NCBI GenBank assembly: GCA_043228905.1
Contig: JBHGNT010000002.1
Coordinates: 4,340,001 to 4,404,000 of the forward strand
Reading direction: 5' to 3'
Source of the DNA: Azolla caroliniana
Taxonomy: Eukaryota > Plantae > Polypodiophyta
DNA: 64,000 nucleotides
This document shows, one piece after another, positions 38,249 to 51,100 of this stretch. The notes under the pieces are model-generated. The model was not told the origin of the DNA. It was given only the letters and a program-made list of their open reading frames with translations, and searched no databases. The translations under genes and the position numbers were made by a program. Every line of letters begins with the position of its first letter. The first letter of the stretch is position 1.

Positions 38249-38525
38249 TCTCGCATGTCGTCACGAAGCAGTGCACGTCATTGTACATTCCCGGCCACCA
38301 ATATATTTCCTTGAGCTTCTCGAACATAGCCCACACCCACAGTGTCTGGACTAGGGACTCTCGTGAAATTCTGCCAACAGAACTGATTGTCTTCTGTGCC
38401 ACCACCCGGAGTGGTGTGCCGTTCCGCTTCTTCGGATGTCGCCAAATCAGTTTGTCCCTTAGGAAGAATTTGTATGCCTTCTTCCGGATCCAACTTGCCT
38501 CCTCCTTCGTCCACGATGCATCTGT
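38249..38525 (-). pseudogene. Gypsy integrase N-terminal fragment M (related to G)
   Basis: KLKEIYWWPGMYNDVHCFVTTCE resembles 40462-40620. Confidence 0.75.
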
Positions 38526-38882
38526 TGTCATCGTGCTTAGGAACTTCCTTGCTGGATGCCTAAGTCGGCCAAGTGGGAAAAGGTAGAAGAAAAGGAAGGT
38601 GTAGGCTCAAAAACAGCCGTAGTGTAATTATGAGGCCGTAGGTTTGTCATCGTGCTCAGGAACTTCCTTGCTGGATGCCTAAGTCGGCCAAGTGGGAAAA
38701 GGTAGAAGAAAAGCAAGGTGTAGGCTCAAAAACAGTCGTAGCGTAATTATGAGGCCGTAGGTTTGTCATCGTGCTCAGGAACTTCCTTGTTGGATGCCTA
38801 AGTCGGCCAAGTGGGAAAAGGTAGAAGAAAAGGAAGGTGTAGGCTCAAAAACAGCCGTAGCGTAATTATGAGGCCGTAGGTA
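38526..38882 (+). repeat. 119-bp tandem repeat x3 forming the LTR 5' end of F
   Basis: TGTCATCGTG starts at 38526, 38645 and 38764. Confidence 0.92.
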
Positions 38883-40363
38883 TAGAAGGAAGCGTTTTTG
38901 AATGCCTGTAACGGTTCACGCTCCAAGCGTAACTGACCACGAAATTGTATATAAAGGGCATGGGAAACTTGTAAAGGCTAGCACAATATTTTTGGTAATA
39001 TTTGAATATAGTTTTGTTGCGCCGAATCACTGTCTCTCAGCTGTTGCGTATACTCTGTGTGTGATTAAGCGTGTAAGTGTTTTTGTGTAAAGCTTACGCA
39101 TCGTGCGAGGAAGCCTGTTGTAGCCGTCTTCCTATGGCTCTTTCCTCTAAGCTTATGCCACACTACGCACTATGCTCGCAGTCATTCGTGAATAGCCTGT
39201 ATACGTTCTCCATTCCTTGCACCATAATCTTCTTGAGCTGTACCCCAAAGGACTGAGGGTAGGCCGTGTTTACCCTACCTGGTAACAGTTTTGGCAAGCC
39301 TGGTGATCTGTGATTTTCATAGCCGAACATCAGGGAATGGATGTCTAGCCGCTGACGCAGCATGGAACCAATTCATCAAGTTCAGCGATAGACCCGAGCT
39401 GAAACCCAAAGGGCAGCAGAACGCACTACGCAAAAAGCACGCCTCAACAATTGCTTTCCGGATCTCTTGGCGAATACACTCGAGTCGACGCTCACTAAGC
39501 AAAGTGGGACTGGACAAGAGGTCCTATCCCCATTTCACCACCATAGTGATGCCACTAGCACAACACAAACCTCCCCACACTGCATCGATAGTATTTACCC
39601 CAACTCCGGACAATATACTGTGATGGCTTTCTCGTACCCTTGCTTCAACGGAGACACTGACACTGAAGGTCACACTCGGTCGTTCCTAAATGTTTGGAAT
39701 GCCAACCATGTGTCGCAAGGGCTTTCGGAAGCTGAAGCTCACGTTTCCAAAATCATGGAGTTTGGCCTGACCATCGACGGATGCGCTGCCCGTTGGCATT
39801 TCTAGCTCGACATCTCGACTATCGCCTCCTTCAATCAACTCTACTCGGCGTTTCTACGCTTCTTTCACAAAAGCATTCCACAACGCGAAATTATTGGCCA
39901 GTTCTACTCTATTCGGCAGCCCCAACAATAGTTTGTCGCTGATTTTAGCCTACGGTTCTAGAATCTAAGACGTCACCTGACAAGAGTTACCACGGAAGAC
40001 GAGGCAAAAGAAACCTTCTTGGCCGCTTTGCGCCGACCCTTGCAGGCAATATTGGGAATGCAAAACTTCACGGGACAAATGGCAGACATGGTCATTGAAC
40101 GGGCCTTACAGCTAGAATTAGAAGACGAGGATGTTGGGTTATCCATGGCGTCCTTACGGAAAGCGTTACCAAGAGACGAGGAGTATCGTTTCCGACAGGC
40201 CATCTAGTGCACCACCTGTTTAAACTTGGGACACTCAACGATCGACTGTAACATGCGAGTTCACTGTCCTATTTGTCACTTGTGGGCGCATACGGTGGAC
40301 CAATGAGAGTATAATATGTTAAATCGCCTTATAGAACCGGTATGTCGTATCGAGCCTCAACGT

Positions 40364-42777
40364 TGTCGTGAAGATTTTCGGCAATGGTGTGAAAATAACA
40401 TAAAACGTACAAAATCGAGTATGAATCACCGGTGTGCTTCAAATCGAGTACAAAATCACCGATGACCGAATTCCACGAGAGTGCTTGGGCAGGTCATAGA
40501 GGAATATGGGCGACGTTCGAAAAGTTGAAGGAGAAGTACTGGTGGCGAAGCATGTACAAAGATGTACTCCATTTCGTGTCCACATGCGAAACTTGCCAAA
40601 TATATTCAAATATACGTCATTGTGATGAGTTACAGCCAACATACCCACTCACCATACACTTCAAATGGATGGTGGATCTGGTCTCGATGCCAATGGGAGT
40701 GGGACAAATGAAGTACTTAGTGTTGGCAAGGGAAGACTTGACAAATCAAGTGGAAGGATGAGCCTTGGCAAATAAGAAGACTTCAACCGTTTGCAAATTT
40801 CTACTTCAAGAGGTTGTTTGCTGATACGGATGTGTGGGGAAGATAGTGGCCGACCGAGGGGAGTTGGATGCACACGAAGTGACGGAGCTTTTCGAACGAC
40901 TAGGTGTGAAGCTCTCCCTCACGACTGCCTACAATCCAGAAGCGAATGGGAAGATCGAGCAAGGGCATGGACCTATCGTCAAAGCCATCGTACGTGCAGG
41001 CAACGGTTGAGTCGGGAATTGGCCACGACTATTACCCTATGCCTTGTGGGCCGACAGAATGACACACAGGTCCGTGACAGGATATATGCCGACAGAGCTT
41101 ATGTATGGACAAAAGCCTGTAATGCCCATCGAAAGGACGATCGCCTCATGGGTAGCGATACCGTGGGAGAACGATATGAGCCGAGAAGAGTTATTAGCGG
41201 CGCGGATAAGGCAACTTGAAAGAAAACCTGAAGATCTAGAAAAAGTGCGAAAGATGATGGAGGCAGCTTGAGTAAAGAACAAAGTTCGGTTCGACAATAC
41301 GCATCGACTTCGTCCCAAGAAGATTGAAGAAGGAGATTTGGTTTTGGTTTATGACAACAACCTTGACAATCAACACAATACAACAAGAAAGTTCGCAAGA
41401 AGATGGTTCGGGCCGTATGTGGTGACAAGTGCCAACAATAATGCCACATACCACCTTGCGGAGCTAGATGGATCAAGGTTGGTCGTACCCATTGCGGGAA
41501 AAAGAGTAAAGATTTTCAAGAAAAGACAAGACGAGGATCCTGACCTCGATCACCTTGACGATGAACATAATAGGGCGGATGTAAATGAAGACATGGAGGA
41601 ATCTGATTGATCACCATAGCTGAAATCTCACTTTCTCTCTTCTTGGCACGTACCGGAGGACGTGCGGTTTGGTGGGGGTGGATGTCGTGAAGATTTTCTG
41701 CAATGGTGTGAAAATCACATAAAACGTACAAAATCGAGCATGAATCACATAAAGCAATAATAGTGAAGATAACATTTTAAATAAGTTTAATATCTAAGTA
41801 CAAAATGATGGAGGTCTTCAAGAGCTTTCGAATGCACTTTATTACACGAGAAACATACAACTAGATGTCAAGATATGAGGGTATAAAGTTTGTGAAAGGA
41901 AAAGAGAAAACTGTGAGATATCCCACATAGGCACGACAAATATGGCTCTCATCAATATAAGGTAGAGCAACAGCTATTATCTTTGTGTCTATGTGTGAAG
42001 CATAGAGATTCAAGGTAACTTGAACTTAGAGTGGAGGTGGCCTAGCTACTCGTAAAGGTTTTGGCCAACCAAAACTGAACCGGCGATGGAGCCGGTGATC
42101 CAGCCGGCAAAGCGACGGTGGCACACCGGCAACCGGTGATTCGGTGGAACCGACATCCGACGGAGCCGGCGATTCGGTGGAACTGACATCAGGCGAACCG
42201 GCGTTCGACGACTAGATAAATAAATATATAAATAAATATATATATACATATACAAGGAGGGAAAATAAGGATTTGAACATGGCACCTCCAAGTTAGGAGT
42301 CAATTGGCTTACCACTAAGCCAAGATATTTAGTTGAAATTATATTTCTATCATCGTACTTTTACATGTAAATTCTTATGCATGAGAGCTAAAATGAGTGA
42401 CATGGTTATTATGTACCACATGTAATACACTAGCGCCAAATGGCAAACATGCATCATATGCATGGGGGCATCTATAAAAGGATGGATGAAAATGTATTAT
42501 GGATCCATGTATGAACTAAGAAATTAATGAGAAGAAAATTCATTGATGATATATCTTATTTCTTAAATCAAGAGTTAAAATCTTAATCTCAATATCTCTC
42601 TCTTGGCCATATCAATCTTTCTCAATCTAAGTCAAGCGTTTAATCTTAATCTCTTTCTGTCTCTCAATCTATCCTAAATACTTTCTCGCTAAGCTTGGTG
42701 CGAACTTCGATCCTTCCGGTCCAGAACCCCGACGGTTCTGCCTCGTGATCTGCGCCTAGTGACGGATCTTCATGACA
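40364..42777 (+). mobile_element. Internally deleted Gypsy element G (5' LTR stub, integrase, 3' LTR 41683-42777)
   Basis: TSD ACGT 40360-40363 and 42778-42781; integrase H..GH.G..C..C, ADRGEL, YNPEANG, FGPY; purine-rich tract before 41683. Confidence 0.88.
42262..42329 (-). promoter_or_regulatory. tRNA-like A/B-box module antisense in the G LTR
   Basis: TGGCTTAGTGGTAAGC...GGAGGT-GCCATGTTCAAATCC-TTATTTT. Confidence 0.6.
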
Positions 42778-45700
42778 ACGTACTAATCGACAAAGCGACC
42801 AGAGCCGACAAGAGGAGCGCTACCGGGGTTCGGAGCGCAATCATCGTTCGAACTGTCCAAATCGCTCTCATCACGACAATGATCCATATTCAGAGGATGA
42901 GGATCTGGAGGAAGCGGCGTAACCAAGAAATGACCACTATAAATCTGCGGGGAAGATGACGCTTTGACAACCGGCATTCCACTAACAATCGCGGTGGGCA
43001 GGCTAGATCACACTCACACGGCGGAAATCAACAACCACGAAATCAACAAATCCATAAGGAGAGTTCAAAGGATGAGTGTCGCCAGGATAATTTTCGCGAT
43101 TATCGTCGGAAGCCCCGTAATAACAGACACTACCAACGCTCTCGAGAAGAGCAGGCGCTGCTAGTTGAGCTGGTAGCTCCCCCAGTCGTCGAAAAAGGTG
43201 AGTCTACTGTCCATTGTTTTATTTGCCAACAACCAGGACACTATGTGATTCAATGTCCATGACGTGATAAGGGAAAAGGACCAGCCGTGAAAACCATCAC
43301 GACGGAAGTCCAACAAGTTATGACTCGCAGCAAGGCCAAGTCCACGGAATGGGCAGAGCAGGACGAGATCCGCAAAGTTGCTAAGGCTTGGGTCGAAAAG
43401 GCGAATGAAGCCAATGTCAACCACATCTAGGATTCAACAAACACAGCTTCATCCTCCCACGTACAAGATACGACACCATAGGAAGACCCGATATGGCAAG
43501 CGCTTGCGGATTGTCAGATTACTCTGACAATGGATAGGTTCGAAAATTAAAAATCATGATAGGTGGCCATGCCTTTGAAATTGCAGCCGTTGTTCTGGCT
43601 CTCGAAGCCCTTGGTGCATACCCCATCTTGCTAGGTCGCCCATGGTTACGTTCCGCTAATATCAAGCAGAAATAACAGTTTAACAACATTAGCTTCCGAC
43701 GGGGCCAAGCCAAGGTCTGGGTTCTGACGTAGGAGACCACATCACCCATAAAAGCGATAACGCCAGTATATGTGGAAGAGGTCAACATGTTGGAAGGGCT
43801 GGACGAGAATCCAAGAATAGTACCGTTGTTCGAGATAGACATCATCAAAATAGCCAACGGATACGTCGCGTTGGTAGCGCCAGAGGGGGAAGAGTACGAA
43901 CTGGACCCATAATCATTACTAGAACTAAGTAGGGCGCGTGATGCATTTGATTGAGAAATGGAAATCTCTCGACGGGTCACAACGTTGACGTTGGAAGAGA
44001 CTAGTGTAGGGACGATTGAGGCACCACGGCCTCTGTCCATAGCAAAGGACCTGACGCCTCCCGAAAGAAAGGCGATGATCGACCTATTACGGGAATACAA
44101 AGACGTGTTTGCATGGTCATTGGTCACATGAAGAAATGAAGGGACTAGACCCCAAGTTTTACCAACACCAAATCAATTTGGCAACGGACGCTAAACCAGT
44201 TCAACAACAACGCTACTGTATGAACCCGAATTATGTGGCACGTGTAAAGGAAGATTGTGGTCGTACCGAAGAAAAACAACAAAATCCGTGTTTGCATCGA
44301 CTATTGCAAATTGAATGCAGTTACGATCATAGACACCTTTCCCTTGCCATTTATAGATAGCGTACTTGATGTCGTTGCTGGCCACGAAATGTACAGCTTC
44401 TTGGATGGGTTTAGCAGGTACAATCAAGTACGCATGCACCCAGACGAACAAGAGAAAACTGCCTTCGTGACAAATTGGGGTGTATTCGTGGCCGTAGTCA
44501 TGATGTTTGGGTTGAAGACCACCCCAACAATGTTCCAACACATCATTGCTGAAATTTTTCGACGAGTTCATCCCCGCATTCATACAAGTGTTTCTTGATG
44601 ACTTTGCGGTTTATGGAGTGTGAGCGGATCATTTAGGTTTATTTACGACTATGCTTGGAGCAATGCCGTTCGGCATGACTAAACCTCAAGTCGGCCTGTT
44701 AAGAAATGGAATGGCAAGAGTGGTTGTAATGCAGTGGAAGGTGAGTGTATGTGTGTGTGTGTGTGTGTGTATAACAACAGAGAGAGAGAGAGAGCTCAAG
44801 AGACAGAGATAGACAAAAGTATGTATGATATTAACAAAAGAGATACATCCAACAATGACTAAATTACAATAAGTTGGTTTATATACCAACTAAGCTAGGG
44901 CAAGCACCCTTTCTACTATTTACACAACTAGCTTGGAGAGTCCATGAGCTAGTGTGAAACCTATCTATGGGAAGTGGTAGGTGTGTGCTGATGTGTTGGA
45001 GGTCAATCTCTCTGGCCTGGACACGCTCGCGGATGAAGTGGTAGTGCACTTCGATGTGTTTAGTCCGAGCGTGAAATGCGGGGTTACGCACGAGGTAGAT
45101 ATTGCTCATGTTGTCGCAATACAGGCATATGGGATCTTTGATGGGTACGCCCAGATCTTTTAGTATACGCTTAAGCCATACAGGTTCGCATGCGGGACTG
45201 CCACGGCCCTGTATTCGGATTTAGTGCTCGATATTGTGACTGTCGACTGTTTCTTGCTGCTCCAGGAGATCGCTCTGCTGCCGAGGGAGAAGACGAATCC
45301 AGATGTGGATCGTCTATCCGCTTTGTATCCTGCCCAATCCGCGTCTATGTACCCTTCAAGTCGAATGGTCATATTCAACTTATACAGGATGTCGTGATCC
45401 ATTGTTGTACTGACATACCATAGTATCCTCTTAGCACAATCAAGATGAAGGTTACGCAGATTCTGCATGAATTGGCTAAGTAGGCCAACCGAATAACTTA
45501 GGTCGGGTCACGTAATGGTGAGATAGATCAAGCTACCAATCAGTTGGCGATACTGAGTCGGTTCAATCTTGACCGTGCCGGAATTGGCATCAATCTTGAT
45601 ATTGCGATCAAGAGGGGTAGTCACAAGTTTGCACTCTGTCATTCCGAATTTGTACAGTAGGTTGAGGACGTAGTGCGGTTGTGAGATGATTATCCCGACT

Positions 45701-48100
45701 GGTGTCCGAATTACTTCAATACCTAGGAAGTAATGAAGTTCGTGTAGGTCTTTCATTTCGAATCTGCCGGAAAGAAGTGATTTAACTTTGCTAATCTCGG
45801 CGAGATCCTTTCCTCCGATGACCAAATCATCCACATACAAGATGATGATTATCGGGCTATCCGACTCGTTTCGGATGTACAAGGAAGTGTTAGATTTTGA
45901 CATCTGAAATCAGACTTGATGAAGATACTACGCGATCTTCGAATGCCAAGCACGCGGTGCTTGTTTGAGGCCGTAAAATGGTTTCTTGAGTCGGCATACG
46001 GCGTGTGGATGAGTACGCGATTCGAATCCGGGTGGTTGTGTCATATACACCTCTTCTTCTAGCTCTCCTTGGAGGAAAGCGTTTTTCACGTCCATCTGAT
46101 GGAGGTGCCACCCTTTTGCTGTTGCTAGCGCGATTACGGTTCGTATTGTCGTAATCTTTGCCACCGGGGCAAAGGTTTCTTCGTAGTCTACACTATGTGT
46201 CTGTGCGTAGCCTTTATCAATGAGCCGTGCTTTGAAGCGATTTACGGAACCATCATCATTGTGCTTCACCTTGTAAATCCACCTGCAACCAATTGAGGTG
46301 TATGTCGACACGAGAACTCTCGTCGGACTCCTTCCTTGCGGAGATACACCGAGAACTCATCCGAAAAATATTCTTTGCTTCCATTTGATTGAAGGCAGCG
46401 TACATGCCGGCCCGTGGCTTTTTCCACTTCGGCTTTGAACTTCTGGAAGTGGCCAAACAGTTCACCCTTTTGCTTCATCAGATAAATCCAGGTATTTCTG
46501 GAGAAGTCGTCGATGAACGTGACATAGTAACGGCATCCGTCGAAAGTGGCTGTTTGGGCTGGTCCCCACACGTCTGAATGTATGAAATCCAGGATCCCTT
46601 TGCTTACATTCCGCTCTTTTGGGAATGGATGACGGCGTTGCTTTCCGAATTGGCATGCTTCGCACACGCCCGTGATCTCCTCTGCCGTAAAGTTCGGGAG
46701 TCCAATTACGACTCCTTTTGTCTGCATGTTCTGAAGCTTCTGGAGATTGATGTGGCTGATTCTCTTGTGCCACAACTTTAAGTCGGTTTCGACTTTCTGG
46801 CCTTTTGCGTACATGGCCGAATTTACTTCGCTCGACTCGAGGATGAACTTACGACCTTCTCGTCTACCGTGAGCTACGATTTGATCGCCTTTTTTAATGA
46901 AGCACCCATCGTTGTTAAAGCGTACCTGCATTCCTTGTTCTACAATCTGGCCGACCGAGACCAGATTTTTCGTAATGGTGGGAACATGCAATACATTCTT
47001 GAGGTAGGTCTGTTCGCCGTCGTTTCCGAATGGGACATTCCCGATATGTTGTATTGGATGATTTGTATCATCACCTGTTTCGACATATCTGGGACGTTCG
47101 GGCTTCCGTAATTCCCAAAACCAATCTTCATGGGAAGTCATGTGATTGGAAGCTCCTGAATCGACAAACCATACACTATTAGGAGTGGAAGCGCTGGATG
47201 TCGCAAATGTAGACATCGAATGTGCTTCGTGCTTCATTATGAACATTCCGCCACGGTCGCCGTAGTCGGAGTTTGTGGCATAGTTCGTGAGTTGTCGGCC
47301 TGCCTCACGTTTCTTCTTCCGGCACTACTCTTCTTCGTAGTGGCCGGGTTTTCCGCAGTACCCGCAGTCAACTGGGTTTCGGCAATTACTCGGTCCGGCG
47401 TTATGACTCCCCCTTCTGCCAAGTTCTCTGGGCCTGTTCCTGTCCGCTTGCCACTGGTGGGAGTTACGCCCTTGATTCCGCCGATCATTATGGCCTTGTC
47501 CGAAACGACCTTTGTTTCCACGACCGAAATCTCTTCTATTATCCGACTGGGAGTAGAGCAAATGACCATCTGATGCGTTGTTCCTCTATCGGGCATGATT
47601 CTCTTCGACCAGCAATATCGATTGAAGGTCGAAGAAGGAGGGAGGGTTCTCCCTCTCAGGAATAGTACTAAAGCAGAGATGGAATTAGTACTAAGAGGAG
47701 TAGTACTATTAGTACTAAGAGGACGGGACTGCGTAAGATTCCCGAGAGAGAGGAAGTGAGAAGAGGAGAGAGAGAGAAATAGGATGATGACAGCAGCTCT
47801 TATATTATATGAAAGATAAGTACAAATCGGCTAAGAGGCTTAAGGCTGGTGTTGAACCAATTTGGTTCAAAACAATGCCTTGTGCCTCCTTTTATAGTGT
47901 TTTTAGGAATAATCCTGAAGCTTCTAGAATGTTCCAGAGAGATCTGGAATATACATCAATTTTCTATGATAAAGCATAAATGAAAATAATATCCTACAAA
48001 ATACAATTCATAGTCTAATGGTAAGAGCTCGACCCATGTAGCATAAGGTCATGGGTTCGAGTCTTGCCATATCATGCCATATCATGACACTATCTCCCCC

Positions 48101-51100
48101 TTAAAGACGACGAGTGGAACGAGTCGGCGCTAATTGCGGACCGGGTTTGTCCGGATATTTTCGGTGGAAATCAACAAGAAGATCTTGTGCATTGGCAACA
48201 TTCTCGACGGGTTCCCAAGTACGTTCGCTCGGACTATAACCGAGCCAATCGACCAAGTAATAAAGTTTGTTGCGAACAAGTTTGGAATCGAGGATGGCAG
48301 CAACTTCATACTCCGGGCCGACGTCCAACTCCAACGGGGGCGGCAGTGGTGTCACACGATCGGGAATGGTGTTTGCTTTATAAGGTTCAAGAAGAGAACA
48401 ATGGAAAACCGGATGTATCTGAAGCTGCGGAGGGAGATCAAGGCGGAAGGTGACATCATTAATCTTCCCCGTAATACGGAAAGGACCGAGTCGTCGATAA
48501 TCCAACTTGTCGCACGGTCGAGTAGTCTTGATGTGACGACGTAAGAGCCATACTCGATCTCCGATGGCAAAAGAGGAGGGAATCCGATGACGATCCGCAT
48601 AAATCTTCTGTGTGTGTTGAGCATGAAGAAGGTGAGTAGAGAGATCCATCTGGATCTTGCGTAGCCTCTCCAAATGATCCTCGGCACGAGGGTTGGTAGG
48701 TAGCTCCGGAGTGTCGATCACCGACCAGCGAGGATGGAAACCGGTATAAGCGAAAAATGGGGAGACCCGAGTCGAGGAATGAATAGCATTATTATACGCA
48801 AACTCACCAAAGTGGAGAATCTCGGCCCAATCGTCCTGTTGATAACTCAGGAAACACCGGAGATATTGCTCCAGCGTTTGGTTTGTTCGTTCCACCTGTC
48901 CGTCGGTCTGAGGATGGTAGCCGGAGGAGAGGTTGCAGGAGACCTTGAGCATCTTGAAGAGATGCTGCCAAAATTTGGAGACAAATTGTGGGCCTCGGTC
49001 ATTGATAATACTGTCTGGGAGGCCATGATGCCGAAATACCTCACGCATAACAAGAGCGGCGGTTTCCTCGCTAGTGATGGCTTTAGTACATGGCACAAAA
49101 TGTGCCATCTTCGTATATCGATCGACGACGGTTAGGATAGCATCGAACCCCCGAGAGACCGGCAGATCTGTGATAAAATCAAGACAAATAGACTGCCATG
49201 GCTTACTTGGAATTGGTAAAGGTTCCAACAAGCCATATGGATGGTGTTGTGGCATCTTTGCTCGGCAGCAAGCATCACAGGTCCGAACGTAGTCGTCGAC
49301 AAAACGGCGCATGTGGGGCCACCAAAAAGATCGTTGCACTAGCTCCAACGTCTTAGTACTACCGAAATGTCCCGCCGTATGGGTGTTGTTACGGGCATGA
49401 ACATATAATATCCCGTGGTAAGAATTTACCGTAGTATTCTATACACGTGGATAAGTGTGAGGGTTAAATGAGAGTGTAAAGAATACTACGGTAAATTCTT
49501 ACCACGGGATATTATATGGTCATGCCCGTAACAGGTGTCGTGACAATGTTGGACGATTTGAAGGCGACAAGAGCAATCGGGGACATATACGCGTTTTTTA
49601 AAGAATAACAAACCATCATGATATTCGAATTGCCGGTAGTCAATGCCTGGTTGTTGAGACTGAGAACAGGATGCCCGAGAAGTATCAATGTGCGCCAGGA
49701 TGTCTTGAGCAAAACTATCCGTCTTCAAGGTTGCACGTATGTCATCGGTAATCTGTGTATCCATCGGGGTGTGAAAAATCTGCGTCGTGTGCAATCATGT
49801 TGGTCCCAAGATTACTTGCTTTTGATTATCAAATGTTGCATCACCAAGACGAGGTGCAAGATATGAACGCCGTGATAGTGCATCTGCTTTTCCTTGCTGC
49901 TTCCCCGGTCGATATGTGATTTTGAAGTCGAAATGCGTGAGGAATTGCGCCCACCGAGCTTGCCGTCGATTTAGTACGCGAGCGTTCTGAAAATAAGCAA
50001 GATTTTTATGATCGCTAAAGACAATGACCTGATGTGGAGAGCCCTCTAAGAAATGCCGCCATTGTACAAATGAATCCACGATGGCTAATAACTCCTTGTC
50101 ATGTATTTCGTAGGTGATTTCTGCGACATCGAATTTGCGCGAATGGAAAGCCACCGGATGCAACTCTTCTTTATCGCCTTGTTGAGAAAGGATGCTACTG
50201 AGGGCGAAATCTGATGCGTCGGCCTCCATGATGAATGGTTTGCTTGTATCCACATGAGCTAGAATCGATGTTGATGTAAAGGCTTTCTTAAGATGCCGAA
50301 AAGCCATATCTGCTTCGATGGACCAAAGAAATGCTTGGCCCTTCTTCGTAAGTTGTGTGAGAGGTAAAATAATCTTCGAGTAATCCTGTATAAACTTACG
50401 GTAGAAGTTAGCAAAACCTAGAAAACATTGTACATCTCGTACCGACCGTGGAATTTGCCACTCTAGTACAGTTTGGATTTTAGCTGGATCCATGGCGATG
50501 CCCTTTAAGGAGATGACGTAGCCTAGAAAATCCACTTGCTTGCAGTCAAAGCTACATTTTTCTAGCTTGGCATAAAGACCATTCTCGCGGAGTCGCTTTA
50601 GTACTAATAGTACATGAGAATCGTGCTCTTCCTGGGTATTCGAATAAATCAACAGATCATCCAGATAAATGATCAAACAGATATCCAAGAGGTCTCTGAA
50701 TATATCATTTGCCATGTGTTGGAAGACTGCGGGTGCATTGGTTAGGCCAAACGGCATAACAGTATACTCGAAATGCCCATACCGCGTGCGAAAAGCGGTC
50801 TTCCACTCATCTCCCGGTCGGATCCGCACGAGATTATACGCTCCTCGTAGGTCGATTTTAGTAAAAAACTTGGCACCATTAACTCACTTTAAAAGACTTG
50901 ATATAAGAGGAAATGCACACCTATTCCGGATGGTGACTTTATTCAATCCGCGGTAATCAACGACAAGACGAAGTGAGCCATCTTTCTTCTTGACAAAGAA
51001 GATGGGTGCACCGGCCGGAGATTTCGAATGACGGATGAACCCACTTGCCAAGTTCTCCTCTATGTAGGCTCGAAGGACTTCTAACTCGGTGGGTGACAAG

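Noticed and set aside
49387-49533. The 147-bp insert as a solo LTR or miRNA gene
   Set aside because: It is almost entirely inverted repeat, with no promoter-like body and no matching LTR family in the window, and it has a clean TSD inside a TE ORF
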